In this document: piece after piece, positions 25,101-37,100 of the stretch
Layout: each line of letters begins with the position of its first letter
Position numbering within the stretch: the stretch's first letter is position 1
NCBI RefSeq assembly: GCF_044704955.1
Contig: NC_091987.1
Span: 159,650,001-159,714,000, forward strand
Origin: Pristiophorus japonicus
Taxonomy: Eukaryota
Direction of reading: 5' to 3'
Length of the DNA stretch: 64,000 bases
The notes under the pieces: model-generated
The model's database searches: none
What the model was told of the DNA's origin: nothing
The model's input: the letters and a program-made list of their open reading frames with translations, nothing else
Made by a program: the position numbers and the translations under genes

Positions 25101-28100
25101 AACCGTGTTTGGTTGGAGCCCGGTTCGGTGCAGTTGGGGCCGGGTTCGTTTCAGTTACGACGATGTTCACTTCGGCTGTGGACGGGTTCTGTTCGATTGG
25201 GTTTGTGTTCGGTACCTTTGTTGCCAGGTTCAGTTTAGTTCGGGACGGGTTTGTTTCGGTCGAGGAGGGTTTCGGTTGGGAACGGATTCTCTTCGTTTGG
25301 GGCCGGAATTGCTTCGTTTGGGGCGGGGTTCTCTTCGTTTTGTGCCGCCTTCTGCTCGTTTGTGTCCGGGTTCGGTTCGGTTTGGAGCCGTGTTCGTTTC
25401 GTTTGGGCCCGGGTTTGGTTCGGTAGGGGGCAGATTCCATTCGGTTGTGGAGAGATTTGGTTCAGTTGGGGGCGGGTTCTGTTTGGGCTGGGTTCGGTAT
25501 GGTTGTTTCCAAGTTAGGTTTAGTTCCGAAGCTTTCAGTTCAGTTGTGGCCGTGTTCAGTTGGGGACGGATTCGTTGGGGACCGGTTCGGTTCGGTTCGG
25601 TTCGGTTGGGGCTGTGTTCGTTTCAGTTCGGTTTGCGCTGGGTTCAGTTTGTTCTTTTGTGGCCAGGTTCTGTTCGTTTGGGGCTGGATTTCGGTCGGTT
25701 AGGGCCGGGTTCGGTTCAGTTTGGAAAAGATTCGTTTCTGTTGGGTCCGGCTTCGGTTTGGTTGCGGCCGTCTTTGGTTGGGGCCCGGTTCGGTACAATA
25801 GGGGCCGGGTTCGGTTCACTTGCGACCCTGTTCGCTTCGGTTGGGGACGGGTTCTGTTCGATTGGGCTCGTGTTCGGTAAGGTTGTTGCCAGGTTCGGTT
25901 TATTTCGGGACGGGTTTGTTTCGGTCTGGGAGGGGTTCGGTTGGGGACGGAGTCGCTTCGTTTGGGGCGGGGTTCGCTTCGTTTGGGGCCGGGTTCTGCT
26001 CGTTTGTGGCCGAATTCGGTTCGGTATGGGCCGGGTTCTTTCGGTTGGGGCCGGATATGGTTCGGTATGGGACTGATTCGGATCGGTTGTGGAGGGGTTC
26101 CGTTGGGGCCAGGTAAGATTCGGTTGGGGCTGGGTTTGGTTCCGTTGGCGGATGGATTCGGCTTGGGCTGGGTTCGATACGGTTCTTTCCAGGCTTAGTT
26201 AAGTACCAACGTGTTCGGTTCGGTTGTGGCCGTGTTCAGTTGGGGACGGATTCGTTGGGGATCATTTTGTTTCGGTTCGGTTGGGGCCGTGTTCGGTTCA
26301 GTTCGGTTGGCGCTGGTTTCGGTTTGTTCTGTTGTGGCCAGGCTCGGTTTGGTTGGGGCCGGGTTCGGTTGGGACTTGTTCCGGTACGGTTGGTGCCAGG
26401 TTCGGTTCAGTTTGGAAAGGGTTCGGTTCGGTTGGATCCGGCTTTGGATTGGTTGCGGCCGTGTTTGGTTGTGTCCCGTTTGTTTCAGTTGAGGCCGTGT
26501 TCGTTTCAGTTGCGACCATGTTCGCTTCGTTTGGAGCCGAGTTCTGTTAGATTGGGGTCGTGTTTGGTACGGTTGTTGCCATGTTCGTTTTAGATTGGGA
26601 CGGGTTTGGTTCGGTTAGGGAGCGGTTCTGTTGGGGATGGATTCGCTTCGTTTGGGGTCGGGTTCGCATCGTTTGGGGTCGGGTTCTGCTAGTTAGGGCC
26701 GGGTTCTGTTCGGTTGTGGCCAGGTTCGTTTTAGTTGGGGCCGGGTTTAATTCGGTTGTGGGCAGATTCGGTTCGGGTTGGGAAGAATTTCGGTTGGGGC
26801 CAGGTTCAGTTCGGTTGGGGTGAGGTTCGGTTGCGGCTGTGTTCGGTTCGGTTGGGGCCTCGTTCGGTTGGGGACGGGTTCGGTTTAGTTGGGTTGGGGC
26901 CGTGTTCAGTTCTGTTGTGGACGGTTTCCGTTCAGTTGGGGCAGGGTTCGGTTTGGTTGGGGACGAGTTCTGTTTGGTCGGGGCCGGTTTCGGTTTGGAT
27001 GGGGCCAGTTTCTGTTTGGTTCAGTTGGGGCCGTGTTCGATTTGGGCCAGTTTCCATTGGGGCCGGGTTCGATTGGGTCCTGGTTTATTTCAGTTCGGTT
27101 GGGGCCTGGTTTGGTTCGATTGGGGCTAGATTCATTTCGGTTGGTTCTCGATTTGGTTCGTTTCGGTCCGCATTCCGTTCGTTTGGGGTCAGGTTCGCGT
27201 GAGGCCCGGTTCGTTTCCTTTGGGGTCGGGTCGTTTCCTTTCGGGCTAGCTGTGGTTGGGGGCAGATTCGTTTCGTTTGTGGCCAGATTCGATTGGGGCG
27301 AGTTTCGATTCAGTTCAGGACGGGTTCGTTTGGTCCGGCTTCGGACCGTTAGGGGCTGGGTTTGGTTCGATTGGGGCCGGGTTCAGTTCGTTTGTGGCCA
27401 AAGGCGATTAGGGCCGGTTTAGGTTCGGGCCGGTGCGCTTTAGGCCGGGTTCAGTTCGGTTGGGGCAAGTTCGGTTCAGTTCAGGACAGGTTCGGTTGAG
27501 GCCGGGATCGAATGGGGCCGGATGGTGTACTGTTGTTTAGGGGCCGGGTTTGGTTAGTTCTGGGCCGGGTTTGGTTTGGTTGGTGCCAGGTTCGGTATGG
27601 TTGGGGCAGGTTTTAGTTCGGTTGGGTGACGGGTTCGGATCAGTTAGATTGGGGCCAGTTTCGATTGGGACCGGGGTCAGTCCGGTTCGGGACGGGTTCG
27701 GTTTACTTGGGCCATGGATTAGTTGGGGCCGATTTTGGTTCGGTTGGGGCCGTGTTTGCTTGGGACAAGTTCGTGTCAGTTTGCAAAAAGTTCGTTTCGG
27801 AATGGTTCGTCCAGTTGTGGGCGGGTTCTCTTGGGGACGGTTTCATTTTGAACCGGTTCGGTTGTGGCCGGATTCGGTTCAGTTAGGTTGGGGCCGGATT
27901 CGGTTCGGTTGGGGCCGGGCTCGGTTCGGTTTGGGCCAGGTTCTGTTCGGTTGTCACTAGGTTCGTTTCGGTAGGGACCGCGTTCGGATCGGTTAGGGCC
28001 GGAATGGGTTCAGTTGCGGCCGGGTTCGGTTGGGACTTGGTTCGATATGGTTGGTAACAGGTTCGGTTCAGTTTGGGATGTTTTCGGTTCGGTTGGATCA

Positions 28101-31100
28101 GGCTTCGGTTTGGTTGCGGCCGTGTTTGATTGGGGACGGGTTCGGTTCAGTTGTGGCCGGGTTCGCTTCTGTTGCGACGATGTTCGCTTCAGTTGGGGAC
28201 GGGTTCTGTACGATTGGGGTCGTGTTCGGTACGGTTGTTGCCAGGTTTAGTTTAATTCGAGACGGGTTTGTTTCGGTCGGGGAGGATTCGTTTGGGGCCG
28301 GGTTCTGCTCGTTTGTGGGCGGGTTCGGTTCGGTTGGGGCCTGGTTCGTTTTGGTTGCGGCCGGGTTTGGTTCGGTAGGGGGCAGATTCAGTTCTGTTGT
28401 GGAGGGGTTCGGTTGGGGCAAAGTTCGGTTCCGTTGGGGCTGTGGACGGTTCAGTTGGGGTCGGGTACGGTTGGTGCTGGGTTCGGTATGGTTGTCTCCA
28501 GGTTCAGTTCAGTTCCGGACGGATTCCCGTCGGTTGGGGCAGGTTCTGTTGGGGATGGATTCGTTGGGGACGGGTTCGGTTCGTTTCAGTTGCGTCCGTG
28601 TTCGGTTCAATTCGGTTGGCGTTGGGTTCAGTTCGTTCTGTTGGGGCCAGTTTCGGTTAAGTTGGGGCTGGATTTGTTTCGGTTGGTGCCGCTTTCAGTT
28701 GGAACTTGGTTCAGTACAGTTGGAGCCAAGTTCGGTTCAGTTTGGAAAGGGTTCATTTCGGTTGGATCCGGCTTCGCTTTGGGTGCAGCCGTGTTTGGTT
28801 GGGCCCGGGTTTGATTCAGTAAGGGCCAGGTTCGGTTTAATTGCGACAATGTTCGTTTCGGTGGGGTCCGGGATTGGTTTGGTTGGGAACGAGTTAGGTT
28901 TGCTTGGGGCCACTTTCAGTTCGGTTGTGGCCGAGTTCGGTTCAGTTGGGGCCGCGTTCGGTTCTGTTGGCGCCGGGTTCGCTTCAGTTGGGGCCGGCTT
29001 CGGTTCGGTTGGGTCCAGTTTCTTTTCGTTTCGGTTGGTGCCGGGTTTGCTTTGGTCGAGACCGGCTTCGCTTATGTTGGGGCGAGCTTCAGCTCTGCTC
29101 AGTTGGGGCTGAGTTCGGTTCGTTTTGTTTGATGCTGGGTTCGTTACATTTGTGGCTGGGTTCGGGTTGCTTGCTGCCATTTTCGGTTGGGGCCGGTTTC
29201 GGTTCAGTTGGGGCCGGGTTCGGTTGTGGCCGTGTTCGGTTGGGGCCGGGTTCGGTTCGGTGAGGGCTGTGTTCGTTTCGGTAGGGTCTGTGTTCGGTTC
29301 GGTTGGAGACGATTTCTGTTTGTTTGGGGCTGGTTGCAGTTTGGTAGGGGCCGTTTTCGGTTCGGTTGAGGCCGGGTTGCGTCCGGTTCGGGCTGGGTTG
29401 GGGTCGGTTGTTGCCGGGTTCGGTTCGTTTGAGGCCCGATTCGCTTCGGTTGGGACCGGGTACTTATCGGTTGGAGAGGGGTTCGGTTGGGGCTGGCGTC
29501 GGTTCGGTTAGGGCCAGGTTTGGTTCGGTTGGGGCCGGCTTCGCTTCGGTTGGGGCCAGTTTCTGTTTGTTTCAGTTGGGGCTTGGTTCGGTTCGGTTCG
29601 GTTGGGGTCCAGTTCGGTAAATTTGCGGCTGGGTTCGGTTTTGTTGCGGCCAGTTTCGGTTGGGAACTGGTTCGAATCTGGCCGGATTCAGTTCATTTGC
29701 GGCCGTGTTTAATTCGGTTGGGGCCAGGGTCGGTTCAGTTTGGGTCCGGGTTCGGTTCAGTTGTGACCATCATCGCTTCGGTTGGGGCCGGGTTCTGTTC
29801 GATTGGGCTCGTGTTTGATAAGGTTGTTGCCAGGTTCGGTTTAGTTCGGGACGGGTTTGGTTCGGTCGGGGAGGGTTTCGGTTGGGGACGGATTCGCTTC
29901 GTTTGGGACCGTGTTTGCTTTGTTTGGGGACGGGATCTGCTCGTTTCGGGCCGGGTTCGGTTCGGTTGGGGCCGTGTTTGGTTCGGTTGGTGGCAGTTTT
30001 GATTCGGTTGGGGAGGAGTTCGGTTGGGGCCAGGTTCGGTTTTTTTGGGACTGGGTTTGGTTCAGTTGGGGCCCAGGTTCGGGTGGGCTGGTTTCTGTAC
30101 GGTTGCTTCCAGGTTCGGTACAGTTCCGGACTGGTTCGGTTCGGTTGGGTCCGTGTTCAGTTGGGGATGGATTCGTTGGGAACCGGTTCGGTTCGGTTTG
30201 GCCCGGGTACGGTTCGGTTCGATCTGGGCTAGGTTCGATTAAGCCAGTTTCCATTCGGTTGGGGCTGGGTTTGGTTCAGTTGGGGGCAGGTTCTTATTGG
30301 GCTGGGTTCGGTACGGTTGTTTCCAGGTTCGGTTCAGTTCCATACGCGTTCGGTTCGGTTGGGGCCGGGTTCAGTTGAGGAGGATTCGTTGGGGACGGGT
30401 TCGTTTCGGTTCGGTTGGTGCCGTGATCGGTTCAGTTCGGTTGGTGCTGGTTTCGATTCGTTCTGTTGGGACCAGGTTGGGTTCGTTTGGGCCTGGATTT
30501 GGTTCGGTTGGGACCAGGTTCAGTTGGGACTTTGTTCGGTGTGGTTGGTGCCAGGTTAGGTTCAGTTTGGAAAGGCATCGGTTCGGTTGGATCCAGCTTC
30601 AGTTTGATTGCTGCCGTGTTTGTTTGAGGCCGTGTTCGGTTCAGTTGGGTCTGGGTTCGATTCAGTTGTGACCATCATCGCTTCGGTTGGGGCCGGGTTC
30701 TGTTCGATTGGGATCGTGTTTGATTAGGTTGTACCAGGTTCGGTTTAGTTCGGGACGGGTTTGGTTCGGTCTGGGAGAGTTTCGGTTGGGGACGGATTCG
30801 CTTCGTTTGGGACCGTGTTTGCTTTGTTTGGGCACGGGTTCTGCTCGTTTCGGGCCGTGTTTGGTTCGGTTGGGGCCGGGTTTGGTTCGGTTGGGGCAGA
30901 TTCGGTTCGGTTGGGGAGGAGTTCGGTTGGGTCTATGTTCGGTTTGGTTGGGGCTGGGTTTGGTTCAGTTGGGGGCAGGTTCGGGTTGGGCTGGTTTCGG
31001 TACGGTTGCTTCCAGGTTCTGTATAGTTCTGGACGGGTTCGGTTCGGTTGGGGCCGTGTTCAGTTGGGGATGGATTCGTTGGGAACCGGTTCGGTTCGTT

Positions 31101-34100
31101 TCGGTTGGGGCCGTGTTCAGTTCAGTTCGGTTGGCGCTGCGTTTGGTTCGTTCTGTTGGAACCAGTTTCGGTTCAGTTGGGGCTGGATTTGGTTCGGTTT
31201 GGGCCGGATTCGGTTGGGACTTGTTTCACTACGGTTGGTGCCAGGTTCGGTTCAGTTTGGAAAGGGTTCGGTTCGGTTGGGTCCTGCTTCGGTTTGGTTG
31301 CAGCCGTGTTTATTTGGGGCCCGGTTCGTTTCAGTCGGGTCCGGGTTCGGTTCAGTTACGACGATATTCGCTTCGGTTGTGGACGGGTTCTGTTCGATTG
31401 GGTTAGTGTTCGGTACGGTTGTTGCCAGGTTCAGTTTAGTTCGCGACGGGTTTGTTTCGGTCGAGGAGGGTTTAGGTTGCGGACGGATTCTCTTCGTTTA
31501 GGGCCGGAATCGCTTCGTTTGTGGCCGGGTTCTCTTCGTTTGGCGCCAGGTTCCGCTCGTTTGTGGCCGGGTTCGGTTTGGTTGCGGCCGAGTTCGTTTC
31601 GGTTGGGGCCGGATTTGGTTCGGTAGTGGGCAGATTCGGTTCGGTTGTGGAGGGATTTGGTTGGGGCCAGGAACGCTTCGGTTGGGGCTGGGTTTAGTTC
31701 AGTTGGGGGCGGGTTCGTTTTGGCCTTGGTTCGGAATGGTTGTTTCCAAGTTCGGTTCAGTTCCGACGCTTTCAGTTCGTTTGTGGCCGTGTTCAGTTGG
31801 GGACGGATTTGTTGGGGACCGTTTCGCTTCGGTTCGGTTGGGGCCCTGTTCGGTTCAGTTCGGTTGGCGCTCGGTTCGGTTTGTTCTTTATGGCCAGGTT
31901 CGGTTCGGTTGGGGCTGGAATTGTTTCGGTTGGGGCCGGGTTCGGTTCAGTTTGGTAAAGTTTCGTTTCTGTTGGGTCCGGCTTCGGTTTGGTTGCGGCC
32001 GTGTTTGGTTGGGGCCGGGTTCGGTTCAGTTGGGGCCGGGTTCCGTTCAGTTGCGACCATGTTTGCTTCGGTTGGGGACGGGTTCTGTTCGATTGGGGTC
32101 GTGTTCGGTACTGTTGTTGCCAGGTTCGGTTTATTTCTGGACGGGTTTGTTTCGGTCGGGGAGGGGTTCGGTTGGGGACGGAGTCGCTTATTTGGGGCGC
32201 GGTTCGCTTCGTTGGGACCGGGTTCTGCTCGTTTGTGCCCGGTTTCGGTACGGTTGGGTCCGGGTTCGTTTCGGTTGGGGCCGGGTTTGGTTCGGTAGGG
32301 GGCAGATTCGGTTCGGTTGTGGAGGGGTTCCGTTTGGGCCAGGTTAGATTCGGTTAGAGCTGGGTTTGATTACGTTGGAGGCGGCTTCGTTTTGGGCTGG
32401 GTTCGGTACGGTTGTTTGCAGATTCGGTTAAGTACCAACGTGTTCGGTTCGGTTGTGGCTGTGTTCAGTTGGGGACGGATTTGTTGGGGTTCATTTCGTT
32501 TCGGTTCGGTTGGGGCCGTGTTCGGTTCAGTTTGGTTGGCGCTGGGTTCGGTTCGTTCGATTGTGGCCAGGTTCGGTTTGGTTAGGGCTTGATTTTGTTC
32601 AGTTGGGGCCGGGTTCTTTTGGGACTTGGTTCAGTACGGTTGGTGCCAGATTCGGTTCAGTTTGGAAAGGGTTCGGTTCGAGTGGATCCGGCTTTGGTTT
32701 TGTTGCGGCCGTGTTTGGTTGTGGCCCTGTTCGTTTCAGTTGCGGCCGGATTCGGTTCACTTGCGACCATGTTCGATTCGGTTGGAGCCGGGTTCTGTTA
32801 GATTGGGGTCGTGTTTGGTACAGTTGTTGAATGTTCGTTTTAGTTCGGGATGGGTGTGGTTCGGTCGTGGAGGGGATCTGTTGGGGACGGATTCGCTTCG
32901 TTTGGGGCCCGGGTTCTGCTAGTTGGGGCCGGGTTCGGTTCGGTTGTGGCCGGGTTCGTTTCGGTTGAAGCCGGGTTTAATTCGTTTGGGGGCAGATTCG
33001 GTTCGGTTGGGAATCAGTTCGGTTGGGGCCAGGTTCGGTTCGGTTGGGGTGAGGATCGGTAGCGACTGTGTTCGGTTCGGTTGGGGACTCGTTCGGTTGG
33101 GGACGGGTTCGGTTCAGTTGGGTTGGAGCTGTGTACAGTTCTGTTGTGGCCGATATCCGTTCACTTGGGGCAGGGTTCGGTTGGGTTGTAGACGCGTTCT
33201 GTTTGGTCGGGGCCGGTTTCGGTTTGGTAAGGGCCAGTTTCTGTTTGGTCCAGTTGGGGCCGTGTTCGGTTCGGGCCAGTTTCGATTGGGGCCGGGTTCG
33301 ATTGGGGCCCGGTTTAGTTCAGTTCGGTTGGGGCCTGGTTTGGTTCGATTGGGGCCAGATTCATTTCGGTTGTTGCTGGATTTGGTTCGGTTGGGTCCGC
33401 ATTCCGTTCATTTGGGGTCAGGTTCGAGTGGGGCCCGGTTCGTTTCCTATGGTGCCGGGTTCGTTTCGTTTCGGGCTAGCTTTGGTCGGGGGCGTATTCG
33501 TTTCGTTTGTGGCCAGATTCGATTTGGGCCTGTTTGGAATCAGATCGGGCCGGGTTCGTTTGGGCCGGGTTCGGACCATTAGGGGCCGGGTTTGGTTCGA
33601 TTGGGGCCGGGGTAAGTTCGGTTGTGGCCAGGTTCTATTGGGGCCGGTTTTGGTTCGGGCCGGTGCCTTTTCGGCCGGGTTAAGTTCGGTTGAGGCAAGT
33701 TCGTTTAAGTTCAGGAGAGGTTCGGCTGAGGCCAGAATCGAATGGGGCCGGATTGTGTACTGTTGTGTTGGGGCCGGGTTCGGTTAGTTTGGGGCCGGGT
33801 TTGGTTTGGTTGGAGCCAGGTTCTGTATGGTTGGGGCAGGTTTTAGTTCGGTTGGGTGACGTGTTCGGATCAGTTAGATAGGTGCCAGTTTCGATTGGGA
33901 CCGGGATCAGTTCGGTTCCGGCGGGGTTTGGTTTAGTTGGGCCACGCTTTAGTTGGGGCCGGTTTTGGTTCGGTTTGGGCCGTGTTTGCTTGGGACAAGT
34001 TCGGTTCAGTTTGGAACAAGTTCGTTTCGGAATGATTCGTTCAGTTGTGGCCGGGTTCTGTTGGGGACGGTATCATTTCAATTCGCTTCGGTTCGGTTGT

Positions 34101-37100
34101 GGCCGGATTCGGTTCAGTTAGGTTGGGGCCGGATTCGGTTCGGTTGGGGCCGGGCCCGGTCCGGTTGGGGCCAGGTTCGTGTCGGTTGGCACTGGTTTCG
34201 TTTCGGTAGGCACCGCGTTCGGATTAGTCAGGGCCGGGTTGGGTTCAGTTGGGGACGGGTTCGGTATGGTTGGCACAGGGTTCGGTTCGGTTGGGACCAC
34301 GTTCGGTTCAGTTTGGGACGGGTTCTGTTGGGTTCGGTTGGGGCTGGTTCATTTTGGTTGGGTCCGTTTTCCGATCGGTTGGAGCCGGGTTCAGTACGGT
34401 TGGTTTCGGTTCGGTTGGGGGCGGGTTCTGTTCGTTTGGGGACTGGTTCAGTTCCGTTGAAGCCGGGGTTGGTTCGATTGAGGCCGGGTTTTGTTGGGGA
34501 CCGGTTGGGATCGTTTTGGGCCAGGTTCGATTGCGGCCGGTTTCTTTTCAGTTCGGGTGAGGCTCATTTTGGCCGGGTTTGTTTAGATTTGGGGCCGGGT
34601 TCTGTTCGGTTGCAGCCAGGTTCTTTTGGGGCCAGTTTAGCTCACGGCCGGGTTCGGTTTGGGCCGATTTCGGTTGGGTCCGGTTTCAGTTGAGGACGGT
34701 TGCGTTGCGGAATGGTTCGGTTCGGTTGGGGCTGGGTTCGGTTCGGTTAGCTTGGGGATGGTTTCGGTTTATCCGGTTGGGGTCAGGTTCGGTTCAGTTG
34801 GGCTGGAGTTGGTTCGTTTCGGGCCGGGTTCGGTTGCGACTTGGTTCGGTAAGGTTGGTGCCAGTTTCGGTTAAGTTTGGGACGGGTTCGGTTCGGTTGT
34901 GGCCAGGTTCAGTTGGGGATGGATTCGTTAGGGACGGGTTCGGTTCGGTTCGGTTGGGTCCGTGTTCGGATCAGTTCGGTTGGCCCTGGGTTCAGTTCGT
35001 AATGTTTGGGCCACGTTCGGTTCTGTTGGGGCTGGATTTGGGTCGGTTGGGGCCGGGTTCGCTTGGGACTTGGTTCGCTATGGTTGGTGACAGGTTCGGT
35101 TCAGTTTGGGACGGGTTCGGTTCGGTTGGATCAGGCTTCGGTTTGGTTGCGGCCTTGTTTGATTGGGGACGGGTTCGCTTCAGTTGGGGCCGGGTTCGGT
35201 TCTGTTGCGACCATGTTCGGCTTGGTTGGGACCGGGTTCTGTTCGATTGGGGTCGTGTTCGGTACAGGTGGTGCCAGGTTCGGACTAGTTCGGGAAGGTT
35301 TTGTTTCGGTCGGGGAGTGGATCGTACGAGGCCTGGTTCGCTTCATTTGGTGCCGGGTTTGCTTGGTTTGGTGCCGGTTCTGCTAGTTTGGAGCCGGGTT
35401 CAGTTCGGTTGTGCCCAGGTTCGATTGTGGCCGATTTAGGTTCGGGCCGGTGCGCTTTAGGCCGCGTTCAGTTCGGTTGGAGCAAGTTCGGTAGAGTTCA
35501 GAACAGGTTCGGTTGAGGCCGGGATCGAATGGGGCCGGATTTGGTTTGGTTGGAGCCAGGTTCGGTACGGTTGGGGCTGGTTTAATTCGGTTGGGTGACG
35601 GGTTCGGATCAGTTAGATAGGGGCCAGTTTCGATTGGGGCAGGGACCAGTTCGGTTCGGGCCGGGTTCGGTTATTTGGGCCAGGGTTACTTTGTGGCCGG
35701 TTTTGGTTCGGTTGGGACCGTATTTGCTTGCGACAAGTTATGTTCAGTTTGGAACAAGTTCGTTTCGGAATGGTTCATTCAGTTGTGGCCGGGTTCTGTT
35801 CGGGACGGTTTCATTTTGGTTCGGTCCGGTTGTGGCCGGATTCGGTTCAGTTAGGTTGGGGCCAGGTTCGGTTCGGTTGGGGCCGGGCTCGGTTCGGTTG
35901 GGCCCAGGTTCGGTTCGGTTGGCACTGGGTTCGTTTCGGTAGGGACAGCGTTCGGTTTGGTTAGGGCCGGATTGGTTTCAGTTGGAGCCGGGTTTGGTAA
36001 GGTTGACTCAGGGTTCGGTTCGGTTGGGACCGCGTTCGGTTCGGTTTGGGACGGATTCTTTTCGTTTCGGTTAGGCTGGTTCAGTTTGGTTGTTCCGTGT
36101 TCGGATCGGTTGGGGCCGGGTTCAGTGCGTTTGGTTCCGGGTTTGGTTCGGTTGGCGCCGGGTTCTGTTCGTTTGGGGACTGGTTCAGTTCCGTTGTGGC
36201 CGGGGTCGGTTCGATTGAGGCCGGGTTTGTTTGGAGCCCGGTTCGGATCGTTTGGTGCCAGGTTCGATTTGGGCCGGTTAAATTTCAGTTCGGACCAGAT
36301 TCGTTTGGGCCGGGTTTGTTTCGATTTGGACCGGGTTCCGTTCGGATGCAGCCAGGTTCGTTTGTGGCTAGTTTCTGTCACGGCCGGGTTTGGTTTTGGC
36401 CGAGTACGTTTGGGGCCGGTTTCAGTTGGGGACGGTTTTGTTGCGGAATTGTTCAGTTCTGTTAGGGCTGGGTTCGGTTCGGTTTGCTTGGGTATGGTTT
36501 CGGTTCATGCAGTTGCGGCCAGGTTCGGTTCAGTTGGGGCTGGAGTTGGTTCTTTTCGGGCCGGGTTCGGTTGGGACTTGGTTCGGTACGTTTGGTGCCA
36601 GTTTCGGTTCAGTTTGGTACGGGTTCGGTTCGGTTGGGGCCGGGTTCAGTTGGGGATGGATTCGTTGGGGACAGGTTCGGTTCGGTTCGGTTGTGTCCGT
36701 GTTCGTTTCAGTTCGGTTGGTGCTGGGTTCTATTCGTTCTGTTGGGGCCACAATCGGTTCGGTTGTGGCTGGATTTGGTTCGGTTAGGGCCGGTTTCGGT
36801 TGGGACTTGGTTTGGTATGGTTGGTGACAGGTTCGGTTCAGTTTGGGATGGGTTCGGTCCGGTTGGATCAGGCTTCGGTTTGGTTGCGGCCGTCTTTGAT
36901 TGTGGCCGGGTTCTATTCAGTTGGGGCCGGGTTCTGCTCGTTTGTGGCCGGGTTCGGTTCGTTTGGGGCCTGGTTCGTTTCGGTTGGGGCCGGGTTTTCT
37001 AACGGTAGGGGGCAGATTCGGTTCGGTTGTGGAGTGGTTCGGTTGGGGCCAGTTTCGGCTCGGTTGGTGCTAGGTATGGTTCAGTTGGGGTCGGGTTCGG